In this document: positions 1 to 13,846 of the stretch, one piece after another
Layout of the letters: the number at the start of each line of letters is the position of its first letter
How positions within the stretch are numbered: position 1 is the stretch's first letter
Assembly (NCBI GenBank): GCA_002189035.1
Contig: NEEC01000002.1
Span: 6,448,001-6,512,000 of the forward strand
From: Utricularia gibba
Taxonomy: Eukaryota > Plantae > Magnoliophyta
Direction: 5' to 3'
DNA length: 64,000 nt
Notes under the pieces: generated by a model
Databases searched by the model: none
The model's input: only the letters and a program-made list of their open reading frames with translations
What the model was told of the DNA's origin: nothing
Program-made: the position numbers and the translations under genes

Positions 1-225
1 CTTCTGGTTTACCAAATCTGCACTAAGTCGAGTCGATTAATCAATATTTGAAACTCGATAGATAATCCATTTGGAGATGCTTTGATATCATAAAAAATAC
101 CAATTTCATATCGAATGATAGATCTTAAAACATGGGTGTGAAGCTCAATTAAATACGAATTAATGTAATAACAGTGTTTTACTATGGTGGAGGATGGGGA
201 AGTTGAAGATAACTTCTGATTTTGA

Positions 226-496
<271 letters not shown>

Positions 497-1117
497 ATAA
501 TAACTGTATAAAATTTTGTTATTAATATATGAGATAGAATGTTAGGATGATTATTTTCAAGTCATTTTTCTCTAATGTTGACTTCTCCATAATTCAGGGG
601 GGGGGGGATTTGGAAATCTGATCACTATTTTTTTTACTGTGTTGAAAAAATTGGACACCATCATTGTTAAAATTTTAATTTACTATATGCGAAAGAATGT
701 GAGGATGACTATTTTTCCAAATGGTCGTCATTCAGGTGATGATGGTGGTTGGGTGGAAGCAAATTACAACGTGGATTCCTTGAGATGTAGCAGGAGAATT
801 GTGTACAAAACAAGGAGTTGGTTTTGGGGAGATGAATGAAAACTACAAAAAACACAGGTGGCCATCTCTAAAACCTTGAAATGACTATCTGGTGCAAAGG
901 CGTCTGTTGTGTAATGCCACGTGTTCCCTCCCAAATGGGAATAGTTATGATGGATTGTTGGTGTGATGAGTGATCCTAAACCATTTGCCTTGCCATGGAG
1001 TGGTAATGAAACTGGGTCCATCATGTTTAGTACAGGTTTCTTTTTGGACAGAGGTGAACTAATCAACAGAATGTGGTCACTAACTGCGGACAGATTCATG
1101 GAAAACTGAAGCAACCA

Positions 1118-4100
1118 TCACCTCTCCTCGGAGTTGAACTTGTTCCATGCAGCCTGAAAAGAGTTGTGAAGTTAACTTCTCTTCATTCCCTTCTGAGATC
1201 ATTTGATGGGGGTAAGGGGGGAGGAAGTGAGTACCTTGAGGAGATCAAAAACCTTTTCACATATGTACTTCTGCTGGACTGAAGCCCCTCTTTGCTGCAC
1301 TTTGTCAGGATGCACGCAAAGTGTTGCCTTTCTGTAGGCTTTCTTCACATCAGCAGTGGTGATGATCTCTGTTAACGAGACAGTCTTCCAGCCGCTCTCG
1401 GCACCAAGGATCTGTGGGAAGGAAAGGGGCAGGCATGTGAACAAGCTTTGATGTTCACTGAATTCTGGGGGCAGTTCGCAGATGGAATATCCAATGACCG
1501 AGATTTTATATCAGAAGCATATGAGGAGTTAGGGAGTGTACATAGTGCAAAGTGGACAGCAGCGCACGCAAGTTGCCTTCTTTTCCAGCTGACCATCTCT
1601 TAATGTCAGCATCCAGATATTCAGCCATTCTCTGCAAAGGGAAACAAGTATATTGGCGAATGCATGTTTGATGAAGGAAGTGAAGGATTCTTACATTTCT
1701 CTCAGCCTGCTCTTTCTGGACGAGCAAATCGCGCTTATTCTTCTCCTCAAGGGCCTTTGCCTGAGATTATGAAAAAGTATTAGCTTCCACAGGTTAGCTG
1801 CCTTGAGAAAAAAGCAATGATGGGCTCACCGCTCGCTCCATGACTCTTTGATGCCTCTCTAATCTCGCTTTATGCCTCTGGGCTGACTCTGTATATGTTG
1901 CTGTGACTTCCAGATCCTGTGATAACGTTTGACGGATCATCTAGTGCAAGATTGACAGGGAAGCATTCTCACAAAACAAGCAATGAGTAATTTACTCACA
2001 GAAGAAGAAAAACTGTGCTTCAATCCATCATTCCTTGAAGAGATCGACACCTTCTCAGCAGCGAATGATCTATTTGTCGTTAAAGTTTTGAGTGACTTTG
2101 CTTTCTCGAAAGCGCGCTCACGAGCCTCTGCAGTCGCCCTCTCTACAGCAGCACGTTCTGCCCTAAGCTTTGCCTCTGTGGCAGCTTTTTCAGCCTGTTG
2201 CTTCTCTGCTGCAGCCCTCTCCAGCTTCTCCTTGGCCCTCTCACGAGCTTCACGTATCGCTCTTTCAACAGCTAGTCTATCCTTCTCACGCTCCCTCCCT
2301 TTCCTGATTGCCTCAATTCTTTGCTGTTGATCATCTTCAACGAAGTTAGGAACACCCTCTTTGGCATCTTTCTCTCCAACCATTTTCTTATCATTCTCCA
2401 TGACTACCGTAGCTTCTGCAGGACTTCCACACTGCTTCACATCAGACCCACTGTTTAACTGTGAGGAAGGTGCATCTCCACTTTGTCCCTCGCCAGAGCT
2501 TGCTTCATCAACCATTCCAAATTCATCTTTCAATTCTTCTTGTGTACAGCTTGCGCCTTGTTTTACACCTTTGGACTCAAAACCCGACAAAGCATCTGCA
2601 CAATCTTGGGCAGAGGTAGATGGAGATGAATTATAGCTCTCTGAGCTTTGTTCTTGCGAGTTTCTGACATTTTCTGGATCAGTTTCTCTGGTTCTAGAGT
2701 CAATTGGAGGGGCCTTAAGTTCATCAGCAGTTGAATCTCGAAAGGCGTCAGAGATCACAGTAATATTCTCATTTTCTTTATGGTCAGCATTGTCAACCAA
2801 AGTATCTGCATTTTTGGAATCAGAAATCCCCTCAAAACAGCTATGAAGTTTGCTTTCAGAATGATCCTCATCAGAGACAGCTTGGTGTAAACTCTCGGCA
2901 CCAAAAACTTGATCACCTTTCGGGTGTGATGGTTCATGCTCCATCTCCTTGCAAAATGTCGAATTCGCTCCATCCACTTCAGATGCAGTTGTGTGGTTCC
3001 CAGTGTTACTTCGAACTGCTTCCTCGTAGTCTTCTGCTTTGTGGTCATGGTCAGAATCAGTTCTTTTTACATGAATAGATTCATGAATAAACTCTTCATA
3101 TTCAGTTTCCTGAGGCACAGAATTATTATGATCCTCATCTCTCCCTGCTCCGCCAGTAGCACAGCTCGTTGTAGCAATATTCTGGGCAGTAAAACTGTTC
3201 CTAACATCAGAACAATCATCGGCATTGACGACAATGGCTTCAACCCCTTTAGGCTCACCGGGATCTAACTTTATTTGCTCATCTTCACTCTGATCATATG
3301 TTGGAGATAACTCTGGATGATTTTCATAACCACCATCTGCCGGCTTCCTACCATCCGTCTTGGTCTGTAAGAAATCATCAACTCTTAAAACTTCTGCTTC
3401 TTGAGGGACACTGAGATCATCGTTTATTTTCTTCCCGAAGTTCCCATCTTGCTGATAATTTAAAGACTCTTTCAGTTGCATCTCCAGTTCTTCTTGCGAA
3501 AACGCTGGTTTATGAACTAACTCCTCAATCACTTCTTGCTCTGGCACTTCGACAGGATTACAAATTTTCTCCTTTTCTATCCCCACGCCATCTGGATTGT
3601 CTCCCTGGTCAACCACTTGGCCTTCAAGGCTGGTTCTTTGCCTCACATTCCCTTTCTCATAAACCTTCTCAGGCTCCTGATCTGATAGAGAAATATGAAT
3701 GCTTCCAGCCTCACTAGCATTTCCAGAATCGTGCACCAGCTTAGAACTTTGATCGGCTTCCTCAACCATCTTTTCCAGTTCCTTTTTGAACCCCTCAGTT
3801 TCTTTCATGTGATGAAGAGAAACCAAATTTTCATTTCCATTTTCAGGTTTCTCAAGGCAAGATGCAAGTACGGTTCCAGATGGCATGAAGCAGCGTTGAT
3901 TATCTATGTTTCCGGGCAATGAATTTAGAGTACTGCATTCTTCTCTAGCTTTAGGCCCAGTGAACCGTGAAGTGTTTTTACGAACTTCTATTGTTTTTAC
4001 ATTTTTCCCATGCTTCTCCAATTCAAGGTTCTGGGATGCTTTCCCTTCTCCAGCCTTAATCACCAAATCAATGTAATTGGCCGATGGAGTGAATACAGGA

Positions 4101-5814
4101 TCAGAATCTTCATTCTTATTCACAGGCTTGCCTTCATCTAAATCATTAGCCACCTGACCATTGTGATCCATCTGCCGATGCTTAGAACCATCTCGCTTAC
4201 CTTTCTTTCTCTTTTCCATCATAAACTTAGCTTGCCTTATCCTTTCTCTAGCATCATCAACAGCCTTCTTCAAGGCAGCAGCAGACACTGCAGCAGGTGA
4301 GTTTTCATCATACCCCTCCATAAAAAGGAATGTTGAGGATTCATCAACAGAAATTCCTAAATCATCCCCTTCAGAAGCCAGGGATGATGCTTTTGTTTGA
4401 TCCAGAACCTTACCATTGCTTTCAAAAATATTCTGAGAACTAATTTGTCGCACCTTTGATGTCTCTGGACCGTGGTTGACCTCATTCAAATCATGCGGCT
4501 TACTGCTCTTCAACTGACCTTTTCTGCTCACAGATTCGACTTGAGCACTAAAGCTCCAAGTACGGCTAACCTCATGCTTAGGTGAAAATTCAGGTCTGCC
4601 ATCAGATGTGTATTCTGCTTCTTTTTTCTCATCAGAAGCATTAACATTTTGTTGATAGGTTCCACTAAATGACATGTAAAACTCTTTCTCTTGATCAGCA
4701 GAGGGATCAGGCTGCTCACCGGATAACCTTTTTCCATTCATCATAGGATGCCGTGGACCTGAATCTCGAGAGGACATGGACCTATCCACTGGAACACTGA
4801 AAAAACAACAGGAACGCTAAAATCCATTTCCTGCTTCCACATACACCAACAAAAGGGCCAAGGACAGCATATCCATTCAGTATCACTTATAGTTCTAGCA
4901 AAAAAAAAAAAAAAAGCTTCTGATTTCCAGGCAAGTGATGACAGTTTTTGGGTTCAGCACAAGGATGCTGACGAATGCACACTTTGGGAAGTGCAATTGT
5001 ACTCTTGCATCTCAAAAAAGGAGATGAGTTGTAAGAAAAAAGTTTATTCACAGATAGATTCCACGGATGCCGCTGTGAGAGATCTTGTAGGGAAAACTTA
5101 AAACAATGACTTTCAAAAATGCTGGACTAACAAAACCAAGCAGCAAGCTTCAGAAATGAAGTGAAATTCTTCAAAACCATACAGAACTACAACTAAGCAG
5201 ATTTCAAGCAAATTTGGTTACACAGAACAATGTTTAGGCAATATTAGCATCAAATAGGTGTAAAACCTTGAAGCTGGTAACCCCAAAAGAGATCGTTAGA
5301 CACTGAAACCACACATTTCAGAGCCCCATTCACCTTGTAAGATACCATGTTGGCAGCAAAAGAGAAACATGCATTTTCAAGTTTAAATGCCAGACATTAT
5401 AATCTGTAAAATGGAAAGCAAAACTGGGTGTGCTTTTCTTTCTAAAGGGAAAAACAAAGAAGGAAAAAGTTACCATGGATTACTTTCCTTCACCGAAGCA
5501 TTAACATGATTAAGTAAATCCTCGTACGCAACAGCAACATCGTAGTTCCTCAACCCACCAAAAACGTCTCCGTAATCGAGATTGGAGGTTCGATACTCAC
5601 CCGACCCGACCCGCTGCTCCAAGCTCGAAATATCGAACACTGGGATCGACGAGGACCCAGCAAAAATCTCGGCATAATCTCGAGCTTCAAACACTTTCCC
5701 TTTTCCCCTGTCCCAATTAGAGAAACCCAAATCTTCATACGGCGTTTTGGAGGAGACCCCGCCATTAGCCGCTGGGTCCTTCCTCCTGAGGGGACGTCTG
5801 GATAGAGACTCCAT
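1118..5814 (-). CDS. Auxilin-like C-terminal J-domain protein (multi-exon)
   Basis: Exon 1 MESLSRR (5814), a large acidic exon about 4796-2001, then exons [56 protein letters not shown] (HPD motif) and [15 protein letters not shown] junctions keep frame. Confidence 0.9.
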
Positions 5815-6006
5815 CGGCGTGGAAGCTCAAATGAGACTCCTTTGCCAACAATAAACACATGAACCGGTGTCAAATCGGCTCAACATAAAAACTTGTTGTG
5901 TGGGTTTCAAGTCAACCTGCTGAGAGCAACACTCCGACAACTCCCAGTTGCAAAAAAAAAAAGTGAGAGTCGTGGGTAAAAACAGAAAATTATCTCGAAC
6001 CAACGG

Positions 6007-6033
6007 TTCTTCTTCTTCTTCTTCTTCTTCTTC
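6007..6033. repeat. (TTC)9 microsatellite in the 5' leader of the auxilin-like gene
   Basis: ttcttcttc run read directly. Confidence 0.9.
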
Positions 6034-6548
6034 CTCTCTGTTTTTCCCCTTCTCGTCGTGGCGGAGCGAGGGTTTTTTTTTATACGCTGACGAAAATTCT
6101 GCAAGTGCAGAGTCAGACAGCACGAGGAAGGAGAAGAAAGAGAAACAATTGATGTGAAAGAATAATTTCGCTTTTATTTTAATTTTATTTTTTTAAAAAG
6201 CGCAGGACATTTATAATTAATTACGAATTAAATCAAATAAAGCCCACCTGGGAAGTTGGAGTGTTGAACGGTCAAACATTTCCCCACATTTTATTTCTGA
6301 ATAAAATAATTGACCCCAACCTGTAATTCAAATAAAATAATGAATATATTATTTTTAAATTGTAATTATATACTCATATAAATCAAAATGTCTTTGATTC
6401 AATAACCAATTTTAATATAAAGAAATTATTACATAAATAGATTTATGGTAGAGAAAATTAGAATAAAAATTGGTTTGTTATCAAATACAAAATATTTATA
6501 TTTCAAAAATCTTACGACCATCGATCCAAATCGAGTTGACTAGATATC

Positions 6549-6730
6549 GCCACGTGGCATCATGACTCAGGGCCTTCCCGGGGGTGTAGATCGCATGCGG
6601 TTTGTGTAGGTAGACCACCAGCAGGGTTGGGAGAAGTGGGCCCGGCGGAAATGGGGAATCCGCGTGGGGGTAATTTTGGAATTCAACCCACCGCCCAGCG
6701 GCCAGCACAAGGGGGTCCCGTCCTATAAAT
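6549..6730 (+). promoter_or_regulatory. GC-rich promoter-like island (G-box, TGACTCA, TATA)
   Basis: GCCACGTGGC 6549-6558, TGACTCA 6563-6569 and TATAAAT 6724-6730, within AT-rich DNA. Confidence 0.35.
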
Positions 6731-8200
6731 GCTCCTCGTGCAAAAATCCAAACGCCAAATTTCGAACAAATCGTTGTAAATTCGATGCGCCTTTTTTTAT
6801 TAATTTGTATTTATATAATTATGCTCCAACAATGTGGTCCCCATCCTTTCATACAAATCCCAGCAATTATTTAAAAAAATTGATAAAATATTACTTCAAC
6901 ATAATTTCACATTTAATTATACTAACTACCATATTTCTTTAATTTTATTATTCTTTAAAACGTACGGAATGCACACACCAAATATATGACAATTGGATTT
7001 GAACTGACAAGCTGCAAAATTGCACAGCACAGCTGTACACCAACGCAAACGCAAAAGGCATTAATTTCTCCTGGGAAACCATTTATTTTATTCGATTTAT
7101 TTAATATACAAAGGCTGTGTTGTTGGGCCACGCATATACAGACAGGCCCATTATTAACAAAGCCCAGAAACGGCGTCGTTTAGCGTCAGCAATTATCGTC
7201 TCAATCTCGAAGCCCAGAGATCCCAGTCGTAAATATGCATGTGTGTATATATATATAAATGTGTCTCGTCGTTTTGCCGCAAGGCAGTGGCTTCCGTGAG
7301 GTATCAACCAATGAGATCACGACAACTGCCCTTCCTTATTTGGACAATGGGAATGAGACAATGGAGAAAAAACTCCATTCATATGAGTTTCCATATATAA
7401 CAATGTCTTATCTCATCATCGGATTCTTCTATTTCCCATTCTTTAATCCCGAGAAGTTGCTATATTAGTTTTTTAATTTTCAAGAGAGAAAATAATAATT
7501 ATATTTTTTAATCTAATTATTCTATTATATGTACAAGCCTTATTTCAACAGTATAAATTAGTGAGAATGAACCATTATTTTATTAAATGCTATTAAAAAT
7601 TATATTTTTTAATAATATAAGTATCGTTTTACTATATCTAGTTATTTTATATTTAAAAATAAAAAAATCTACTGAAAGGGTTTGACCAGAAAAGGAAAGG
7701 ATTCATGAATGGCGGGGGAAGTAGGAGAAGCGGGGTCCACCTCTTTTAACCGTATTAACGGCTAGCAAGCGCCACCGGAGATGAAATGAAACGAAGCACC
7801 TCGCTTTTTACCTTTTACCTACCTGCACATCTCTTCCGGCGGGAGGGACTGGAAGAATTACGACTGCGCCTCGGCCATCCTCCTCCCGGTGGTGGCTGAG
7901 GAGCGGCGTCGGGTTGTGGGATCTCCGGCAGTCAGGTGGGTGATTGCTTGCTTGCACGTGTTTGGTGGAGATGCAATGATATTAACAATTATACGCCTTG
8001 TTGTTTTCTTTCTGATTCTTCTGCATCGGGGAGACATTCCAACGTGTGACGAAGGACCTTCCATCCCGCCAGCAACGCCATTATTACTTAAGCTTGACAT
8101 CCCGCGCCTGTGTTCTCAGGCTCATGAGATCTCTGTTCACTTAGTGATCCTGGTGAAGCTGCTGAGATAACGGAAAACTGGTTCTGCTACCCAGAAAACA

Positions 8201-9589
8201 ATGAAGCTGAAATCCATTTTCCGGCATCTCCTATCAAAAACGACCGGATGCGACTCGAAGACGCAACCGGTCGAAGAGAACCGTGTTCTGGGATGCAGAG
8301 ACATTCAGTTTTCTCCAAAGGAATCGCCTGCACAGGAAAGCATGTGGGCAACCTTGCCACCGGAGCTGCTCCATGACATTGTTAGTCGAATCGAAGCTGA
8401 TGATACGGCGTGGCCGTGGCGGAGGTCTGTGGTTAGTTGTGCTGGTGTTTGCAAGGACTGGAGGAGCGTAACCATGGAGATCACCAGGAGTCCTCAACAA
8501 TGTGGCTTGTTCACCTTTCCCATTTCTCTCAAGCAGGTAGTTCTAGCCTCTTGCTGCATTTTGGTATCCATATCTCCTGATCATGTCAAGATTTTCAATC
8601 GCCAGCCGGGGCCCAAAGACATGCCTGTTCAATGCTTCATCCGGAGGGATCGTACAACATCGACATATAGATTGTACCTTGGACTTAGCCCTGGTAAGCA
8701 GCAAGAAGCCCCTGTGTGATTCTTGTCTGTGCTGCCTATTGTGACCTGTTAGTGCCGGAATGAATGCAGCTCTGGCAGGGGATTCCAGCAAATTTCTCTT
8801 GGCAGCAAAGAAGATCCGAAAAGCGACAAGAACGGATTTCATAGTATCATCAGCTCCAAATGACTTTTCTCCGACAAGTGAAACTTACGCTGGTAGACTG
8901 AGGTACCTCTTATTTCAGAACATTGGTTTTACTGTTTCGTGAAAATTTCCTCATCATTGGGAATGATCAGGTCAAACTTTCTGGGGTCCAAGTTCTTCAT
9001 TCATGACTGCCAGATTGCAACCAGTCCCACCTTCCAATCCTGTGGATGGGCATGGAAGAAAATGACCACAAACAGGGTATCACCAAGACCACCAGTATGC
9101 AGCTACAAGGTCGCCAGCATCTCCTATGAACTCAATGTGCTTCGCACCAGAGGGCCGAGACGAATGCGGTGCGTGATGAACGCAGTCCCAGATTCATCAG
9201 CTCGAACAGGGGCAAGTGTTCCGCTTATCACTGCAATGCCAGGCTTTGACCCCGATGGAATGTTTTCACCATTCACCACTCCCAGCATTCCAGAGAACTC
9301 AAAAGACTTACTGGTATTGGAAAACAAAGTTCCAGTATGGCATGATCAGCTACAGTGCTGGTGTCTCAACTTCAAAGGCCGTGTGACCATAGCATCGGTG
9401 AAAAATTTCCAGCTTGTCGCTGCGACGGATGCGCAAAGTTTGTCGGCTTCAGATGATGAGAAAGTTACTCTTCAATTCGGGAAAATCGGAAAGGATACTT
9501 TCACTATGGATTATCAGTATCCTCTTTCTGCTTTCCAGGCATTCGCCATTTGTTTGAGCAGCTTCGACACAAAACCTGCCTGTGAATAG
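8201..9589 (+). CDS. TLP: Tubby-like F-box protein (4 exons)
   Basis: F-box WATLPPELLHDIV; tubby motifs FPISLKQPGP, SNFLG, LNVLRTRGPRRM, WHDQLQCWCLNFKGRVTIASVKNFQL and C-terminal FDTKPACE. Confidence 0.95.
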
Positions 9590-9994
9590 CTACGGCCTAT
9601 GACTGCTATGCAATAATCCACCTCCAGACATTGCTTGCTTGTCTATTCCTGCCACTTTTCCTGAAAGAGCAATTCACTTTGTTTCAAGCATGATACATTT
9701 GTTTTTGCTATTCACAGCAAAAAGAGCTGATGTGCTACATGGTTCGAGGGGAATAACCTGAATACGATGCAGCTAGACAGAGATTGACAGCCCTCCAATG
9801 GCTAATGCCTCCATGTGTTCTGTATAGATGGAAAGTTCTTTATCCCATTCACCTTCTCCATTAACAAGCAATTCAGCTTCCTGTCAAATGCCATCACCTC
9901 CGATTCTTGGAGATTTGTGAACGCTTCCGATGTTTGGTGAGGTTGGAACAGTCAATATGTCCACCAACAACAGAAAATACACCATACAGCGAAA

Positions 9995-10524
9995 TTACAT
10001 CTCATGACTCCTGGGATCAACAACCTGATGAACTTTTCTATTATCCTCGTGCCAGGGCATCGACATTTTCGAGCAGGGATAGTTTTGGAAGCAAAGCAAA
10101 CTGGGGAATACCCTCAACGCCAAATTCATCAAGCTCTTGCTTACACTTGGTGTTATCATCATTTAGCATAACAAAGGTTGAACTTGTCTCCAGTAGCAAA
10201 CTTTTCATCATGATGTCCAGGAACCCGGGCCAGCCAGGTGAAGATGTTTCCGTTTCGGCAGGGACGACGCTGTTTCATAGGATTCCAACAACCCCTCGTC
10301 CTGAAAAAAAAAATCACATTCAAGCAAGCCATTAAAAGCACAAATCCCCAAACATTTGAGCGACCACGCCCAAACGAATGACCTCCGCATTTCGCGGAAC
10401 ATAGCTCTGAAGTCTGAACACGGCAATGGAGGCCACCCGCCATCGAAATTTTGGGCGTGGAACAAAGTGAGTCAGTGACGATGCCCCCGACTCGCAGAGC
10501 CGATTCCATCGATAACCACGCCAT
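9995..10524 (-). pseudogene. HCF164: Remnant of thioredoxin-like HCF164 with deletions and frameshifts
   Basis: 10188-9995 reads DKFN/FVMLNDDNTKCKQELDEFGVEGIPQFAL-LPKLSLLENVDALARG/NRKVHQVVDPRSH, versus HCF164 DKVNFVMLNVDNTKWEQELDEFGVEGIPHFAFL...RKVHQV.DP.SHG. An upstream ATG (10524) and a GT-AG intron (10382-10301) are a less certain 5' part. Confidence 0.8.
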
Positions 10525-11521
10525 GAGTTACCCAAAAACTGATGCAATCAGCATAAAAAACCCTTCTCGGGAATCTCCCTTCTGCACCAATGGGCAACAA
10601 TACGATCTGAATTCTGAGAAGAGGAGCGGTTGTACTTGATTCTGAATAAATCCTCAATATATTAATAATTATAAAGATATACGCACATATATTTTAGGTA
10701 AAAAAAATTAAAAGATAATAAAATAGTATTTGTATATACATATTTGTTATATTTGTCACGTAAATATACATAATTTATAAAATAATTGCATGAGCTTCCA
10801 ATAATATTTTAAAACTAATTAAAGAGAGATTGGTTTTTTATGTTTATTTTAAATGCATGTACTAAATATAATATTATTTAAACATATATTTATAAATTTA
10901 GATATCAAATATATTTTCAACTTAATACTTTTTTTCTCAATCAATTTATATTTAAAATTGGTATTTCATAAATGAGCTGAGTATGAAAAAAGTGAAGTGG
11001 GGGAAAGTCATAAATATGTGTAGGTGGATTATAAAATAGAAGACATAAAGTATGGTATGCACTCCTATCAACATGGCAAATGGTAAGCATTCAAATTTCT
11101 ATCATATACACACATTAACATAAAAAAATTAATATCGAAAACAATTAGTTTTCTTATGTATATATGAAAATGCTTGCTTGCTACTTTTATAAATCATACA
11201 TATGCAACATTATTCAATTTGATATTGTTCGTTTTAGATATTAAGAATTTTTTATAACAATTTAGAATTGTTTTTATAGACTTTGTGTTTAGAATAAAGG
11301 TCATGTTTAGTTGTTATGTTTTTTAAATAAAAATAAACAATCTTATTTATTAATTCGATTATTGATATATCCCACTCATGTCGGGATTATTTGGGAATAA
11401 GTTGTTAAAATGGGGATTTGGGGAAGAATGATGGGGTTGACAAGATTGGAATTCCCCTTGTTAGAACTGAAGCAGACAAACCTTAACCAATCAAATGTGG
11501 TAAAAATAGGATGTTGGATCG

Positions 11522-12154
11522 CTAGAACTCTTCTGGGGGAGTTTTCTTTGAGGTGCTGGTGTTCTTGTTGTTGTGCATCCACACCTTGAACACCTGACGT
11601 TTGACTCCCACCTCGGCGCAGAATCGCTGAATCTCTGAATCGTCGTCTCTGGGAATCCGCCACCCCAGCTTCTCTGCGAACTCCTGCATTTTCTCCTTCT
11701 GCGCGGCGGTGAACTTGGTGCGGAACCTCTTCTTCGACGCGAAATCTGGGGGCGGGGGAGCTCCGGGATTGAAGTTGAGTTCCTCGCTTGAGGAGTCGGT
11801 ACCGCCGCCGTACACTACTTTCACTGGCTGCACCATTTGGGTCCAATGGGGGCGGAGGTGGAGAGGGTGGACGACAGGCATCGCCTCGCCGTGGTGCTGT
11901 TTCCGGTGGAAGTTCCGGTGACAGTTACAGGCGGCGCATTTTAGCGCCTCGAGGGTGCCCTCTTCGCCGGTGGGCATGAACTCGCCGCAGCCATCGGTGA
12001 CGTTGCCGCCGATGTTGGCCGCGTGGTTCTTGCGGCACTCCCTATAGGTGATCCCCCTCCCATCGCCGAAGTTCAACATCCTGGGCTTCTCCGACTGGTT
12101 CTCGACGGCGGCGTAGTTGTACCCGCTTTGCATTCTCACCTCGCTTTCCGACAT
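11522..12154 (-). CDS. ZF-HD zinc finger-homeodomain transcription factor (intronless)
   Basis: YRECRKNHAANIGG..DGCGEFM..ALKCAACNCHRNFHRK and KKRFRTKFT..VFKVWMHNNK. Confidence 0.97.
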   Translation of the reverse strand: MSESEVRMQSGYNYAAVENQSEKPRMLNFGDGRGITYRECRKNHAANIGGNVTDGCGEFMPTGEEGTLEALKCAACNCHRNFHRKQHHGEAMPVVHPLHLRPHWTQMVQPVKVVYGGGTDSSSEELNFNPGAPPPPDFASKKRFRTKFTAAQKEKMQEFAEKLGWRIPRDDDSEIQRFCAEVGVKRQVFKVWMHNNKNTSTSKKTPPEEF

Positions 12155-13080
12155 CACACAGCTTTACAAAATCAAAACTTTAAGAGTCCCCACAAACCCC
12201 CTCATAAAACGAAATTCAACATCCAACAGATCTCCTAAAATTAAAAAAAAAAAAGTGGGAACAAAAGGTAGGTGTTCTTATAACCGTAGTAAAGGATCGG
12301 AGTGCTGGTAAAGTCGAACCGACAGGTCGTTACTCAACGAAGCTATGAAATAAAACAGAGAGAAGGGGAGGAAAAGAAAACCCGAGTGGGGAAAACCCGA
12401 CAGCGTCATGTTCGTTCTGTTCCAAGGTCTGCCAACGAGGCCCCATTTCTTGCTTCCTTTCATTATTGCAATCGCAAACCCCATTTCATATCTTGATTCT
12501 TTTTTTCTTTGCCTTTATACACATCGATCCCTTGATTTCAATATTGTGATACGTTCACAAAAAGCCAACTTGGATCCTCACTACAGTCCACCCGATCCAG
12601 CGCTGATAGTTTCAGGAGTTGGCTGATGCGGGTAGTATTGAATCGAGGGGAAACTAAAGAATGGTGGGAGAAAAAGGGGATCAATTGATGGATGAAGCTG
12701 GCTGCGACTGTGGCAATAATTTTAGGAGAGGAGAGGGAGGAGGAGGAGAGCGGCTCATCCTGATCCTCTGGGGGCACGAATCCAACTGGACAAAAAAAGG
12801 GTTGACAGAGAGGCACGTGCTGTGTTTGATTTATCGACGTCAGGGTTTTGTTTTGTTTTGTCTGCCGGTGGGCAGTCCACCCCGCCCATTGTTCCCGGCC
12901 CGGCGCCGAGCCACTCCGTCAGTCTACGCTACGCTTCAATGGCCTGGCCGCCCATTTTGTTCCACTTTTCCCTATTTTTTTGGGACGTAATTGCCTGATG
13001 AGCTCTTCGCAGGCCACGTGGCGTCTCCTGGAAGTGGTGGGACCGGTATTTTAATATAAACTTTAAAAGTTAACCAATAA

Positions 13081-13152
13081 TCCGTTGTCGTCCAGCGGTT
13101 AGGATATCTGGCTTTCACCCAGGAGACCCGGGTTCGATTCCCGGCAACGGAA
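13081..13152 (+). tRNA. tRNA-Glu (TTC)
   Basis: TCCGTTG/CAACGGA acceptor stem, anticodon loop CT-TTC-AC and T-loop GGTTCGATTCC. Confidence 0.97.
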
Positions 13153-13162
13153 AGCTTGTTCG

Positions 13163-13169
13163 TTTTTTT
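13163..13169 (+). terminator. Pol III terminator (T7) for tRNA-Glu
   Basis: Seven Ts starting 11 nt after the tRNA 3' end. Confidence 0.8.
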
Positions 13170-13846
13170 AATAGCTCGAAGCAACGATCGAATTCCCAGG
13201 GGGTTGAGGATGTTCATTCTCTCCTCATTCACATTTTCTGTTTGTTACCTACTGTTTCAATGGTGCTTTTTCCTGGTCGTCTTCAATTCCATTTGCCTCC
13301 ACCAAGGCCGCGCTTCCCCAGTAGCAATGGGTTCCCGTTGGAGGTACCGCCATGAAGAGCATCGGATAACATCTACGGATGTCATTTCCTGAGAATCTCA
13401 AACAACGTTCGTTCAATGACCTGAATGCAGATGGTATACTTGAAAAATGCATGTGAAGGGGCAAAGCTTGGGCTTCATTGAATTGTGGGGTGCTCTGCTA
13501 ATCATGCACTTCATTGCCATAAGCTCATGAATTCCCTCACTGTATAATAAATGTGCCAACATGCATGATTTACAACAGCAGGCATCTTCTCTGTATGAAA
13601 ATCTAGTCAGCAAAGTTGAGACTGATTCTTTGTTGAGCTCCGAGTGCCCCAGCATTCGTCCAACTTGTGGTGTAGGGCTAGTTGCAACTGCCCTCCATAA
13701 TCCATGTCTTTGTAGAGGGTGCTTCTTTCCACCTTTGTTGAAATGGTTGATTCTAACGGCAGATGAATGTTGCGCCTTTGGGAGATGAGAAGAATGAAGT
13801 CCCTTGGTGTGCGGTAACTTACTGGCTTTCTTTGGTGGAGGAAGGA

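Noticed and set aside
7140-7331. Site II motifs, USE-like ATCCCAGTCG, a TA-rich box and a small hairpin, suggesting a Pol III ncRNA
   Set aside because: The USE match is poor, the downstream sequence resembles none of U6, U3, U6atac, 7SL, MRP or telomerase RNA as I recall them, and the hairpin is weak.
7335-7545. Possible Tourist-like MITE (ccttatttgg..gggaatgag..acaagcctta) or a miR482-like hairpin
   Set aside because: The termini are too degenerate and the arms do not pair well enough for a miRNA.
13249-13800. Short ORFs between tRNA-Glu and the DUF632 stop
   Set aside because: No recognisable motif or coherent exon chain; most simply a 3' UTR or intergenic sequence.
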